DNA from: Candidatus Peregrinibacteria bacterium CG10_big_fil_rev_8_21_14_0_10_42_8
GTDB taxonomy: Bacteria > Patescibacteriota > Gracilibacteria > Peribacterales > Peribacteraceae
Assembly: GCA_002772815.1 (NCBI GenBank)
Contig: PFDQ01000043.1
Location: forward strand, 15,955 to 65,970
Reading direction: 5' to 3'
Length of the DNA stretch: 50,016 bases
The notes below the pieces were generated by a model that saw only the letters and a program-made list of their open reading frames with translations, was not told where the DNA came from and did no database searches. Position numbers and translations under genes: made by a program. This document shows, in pieces, positions 48,517 through 50,016 of this stretch (its first letter is position 1; each line of letters opens with the position of its first letter).

Positions 48517-48924
48517 ATGTCAGCAGCAACTTCAAATCAGTACTTCTACAGCGCAGGAAAGCGTAAAACAGCTGTCGCACGCGTAAAGCTTTTCGATGGT
48601 GGAAAAGGTGAAATTACTGTAAACGGAAAGAAAGCAATCGATTATTTCCCAACACGATTGCACGTAGAAAACGCTATCGCACCACTAAAGCTTGCAGATG
48701 CTGCGAAGCGCTTTGATATTGAAGTAAGCATCAAGGGGGGTGGAAAGTCATCACAGAGTGGTGCACTCCGCCATGGAATTTCACGCGCACTTCTTCTTGT
48801 AGACCCAGATTTACGACCAACGCTAAAACGTGAAGGATTCCTTCGTCGTGATGCTCGTATTAAAGAGCGTAAGAAGCCAGGTCTCAAGGGTGCACGTCGC
48901 GCTCCTCAGTTCTCCAAGCGTTAG
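48517..48924 (+). CDS. rpsI: 30S ribosomal protein S9
   Basis: GKRKTAVARV, GGGKSSQ..A.RHGISRAL, ERKKPGL..ARRAPQFSKR. Confidence 0.98.
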   Translation: MSAATSNQYFYSAGKRKTAVARVKLFDGGKGEITVNGKKAIDYFPTRLHVENAIAPLKLADAAKRFDIEVSIKGGGKSSQSGALRHGISRALLLVDPDLRPTLKREGFLRRDARIKERKKPGLKGARRAPQFSKR

Positions 48925-48931
48925 TCTTCTT

Positions 48932-49339
48932 TTACGCAGTTACTTCTTCAAGATTGATGTCCATCTTCATATAGAAGAGGCTTGTTCCTTCTTCTGTATC
49001 GAGGATGAACTTTGCATCAATGTTACTGAGCTGCATAATCGTCTGACACATGCGAAGAAGCATCTTTGGTGGAATGCCAATACCATGCTGCATACACGTC
49101 GCACAGAGGCCTGCAGGGTCTTTTGAGCGAATGTATTTGTCTCCCTTTTCAGAGATAACTGCACGGAACTCCTGCTGCACAGTGAGAATATAATTCTCAA
49201 TGTATGGCTCTAGGCTTTCAACAGGCATGCCTTTGAGCTCGGGGAGTACTTCGAGGATATCGAGATCGGAATGAATAGCATGTGCAATGCAAGCATCGAT
49301 AGACATAATGTGTGTGTGTATTTTTTTTAAAGTTTTCAT
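48932..49339 (-). CDS. Hypothetical protein
   Basis: ORF filling the gap after rpsI with plausible composition; no family recognised. Confidence 0.65.
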   Translation of the reverse strand: MKTLKKIHTHIMSIDACIAHAIHSDLDILEVLPELKGMPVESLEPYIENYILTVQQEFRAVISEKGDKYIRSKDPAGLCATCMQHGIGIPPKMLLRMCQTIMQLSNIDAKFILDTEEGTSLFYMKMDINLEEVTA

Positions 49340-49447
49340 ATCAGTATAGCAAAAATGGGCTCCAAAGAAAAGGGTCAATATATGTCTATTTGCTTGAATT
49401 TCTTTGTGTGGATAGGTACCATCACCCCCTATTTTCCTTAAAAAGCT

Positions 49448-49915
49448 ATGCGTTTACTCCCTATTCTTACAGCATTAACCATTATATTCCTTCCTGGCAT
49501 TGCGCAGGCTGAAGAACTCTCAGATTCACCACAATTTCGTTACAGATCAGTACGTCTTCGTGGGATTTCTCGTCCATCACACCGTAGCGTAGAACGTGCT
49601 ACACACACTTTTCGTGATGATTTAGCAGTACAGAGACGTAATTTTCAAGGTAAACTACAGACTATTGAATCCATTCGCGATACGATGCGTGATGAATTTG
49701 TGCACCAGCCTGATGAAGGTCAGGAAGTTTTTAACCAAGATTTTACGCCATATCACTGGAATATTCGTCGTCGTCATGTACGTCATCAGTACTGGGATTC
49801 TTATTTTCAGCGTGGAACAAAGGCTCACGTAGGCCAAGGAATTCTTGGACAGAAAGATCTTCTAAAAGCAGAGAATTATCGCAATGATATTGAAGTGGAT
49901 GCTGGAGGAAGATAA
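49448..49915 (+). CDS. Hypothetical secreted protein
   Basis: Signal peptide ending AQA; Arg-rich mature region. Confidence 0.65.
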   Translation: MRLLPILTALTIIFLPGIAQAEELSDSPQFRYRSVRLRGISRPSHRSVERATHTFRDDLAVQRRNFQGKLQTIESIRDTMRDEFVHQPDEGQEVFNQDFTPYHWNIRRRHVRHQYWDSYFQRGTKAHVGQGILGQKDLLKAENYRNDIEVDAGGR

Positions 49916-50016
49916 AATGACAATGTTAGGGAACCTCTGAAAAACACCACTCAAAGCAGACTCCATTTTTAGCATAGAAATTGGTAAAATAGTGGCGACT
50001 CTTAGCCATTCCCTTC

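Noticed and set aside
29829..48887. Many antisense and alternative-frame ORFs over ribosomal genes
   Set aside because: Shadow ORFs of highly conserved genes with no independent motifs

Overview
Bacterial chromosome segment in standard genetic code (TGA is used as a stop, e.g. rplN, rpmC). It is most likely from a Patescibacteria/CPR organism, Peregrinibacteria/Peribacteria-like; this is an inference from the missing L30, class I LysRS, SLH and Cys-rich surface proteins, and scarce Shine-Dalgarno sites. 0-7.6 kb: histidine kinase tail, SLH protein, RluB-like synthase, a large Cys-rich surface protein with a sortase-like tail, a CAP protein and a beta-CASP nuclease. 7.8-22.2 kb: surface-glycan island (Wzm/Wzt, GT4s, a 1603-aa GT2-GT4-sulfotransferase-GT2-GT2 fusion, a standalone sulfotransferase, Fcl, a methyltransferase). 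22-29.6 kb: HD protein, class I LysRS, a coupled HxGH nucleotidyltransferase + APS kinase pair, a nuclease, a GT-C-like membrane protein, and a MerT-like/HxlR/metallothionein-like trio interleaved with copies of a structured non-coding repeat. 29.7-48.9 kb: S10(minus rpsJ)-spc-alpha ribosomal cluster through rplM-rpsI, with insertions after rpsE and after secY. Best leads: an unannotated 51-aa 12-Cys metallothionein-like gene, a possible minimal PAPS pathway feeding a sulfated glycan, a structured repeat family with a covarying pair, a Zn-free L36 with an insertion, palindromic 9-mer repeats forming r-protein tails, and apparent leaderless transcription. All calls come from manual reading; no searches were run.
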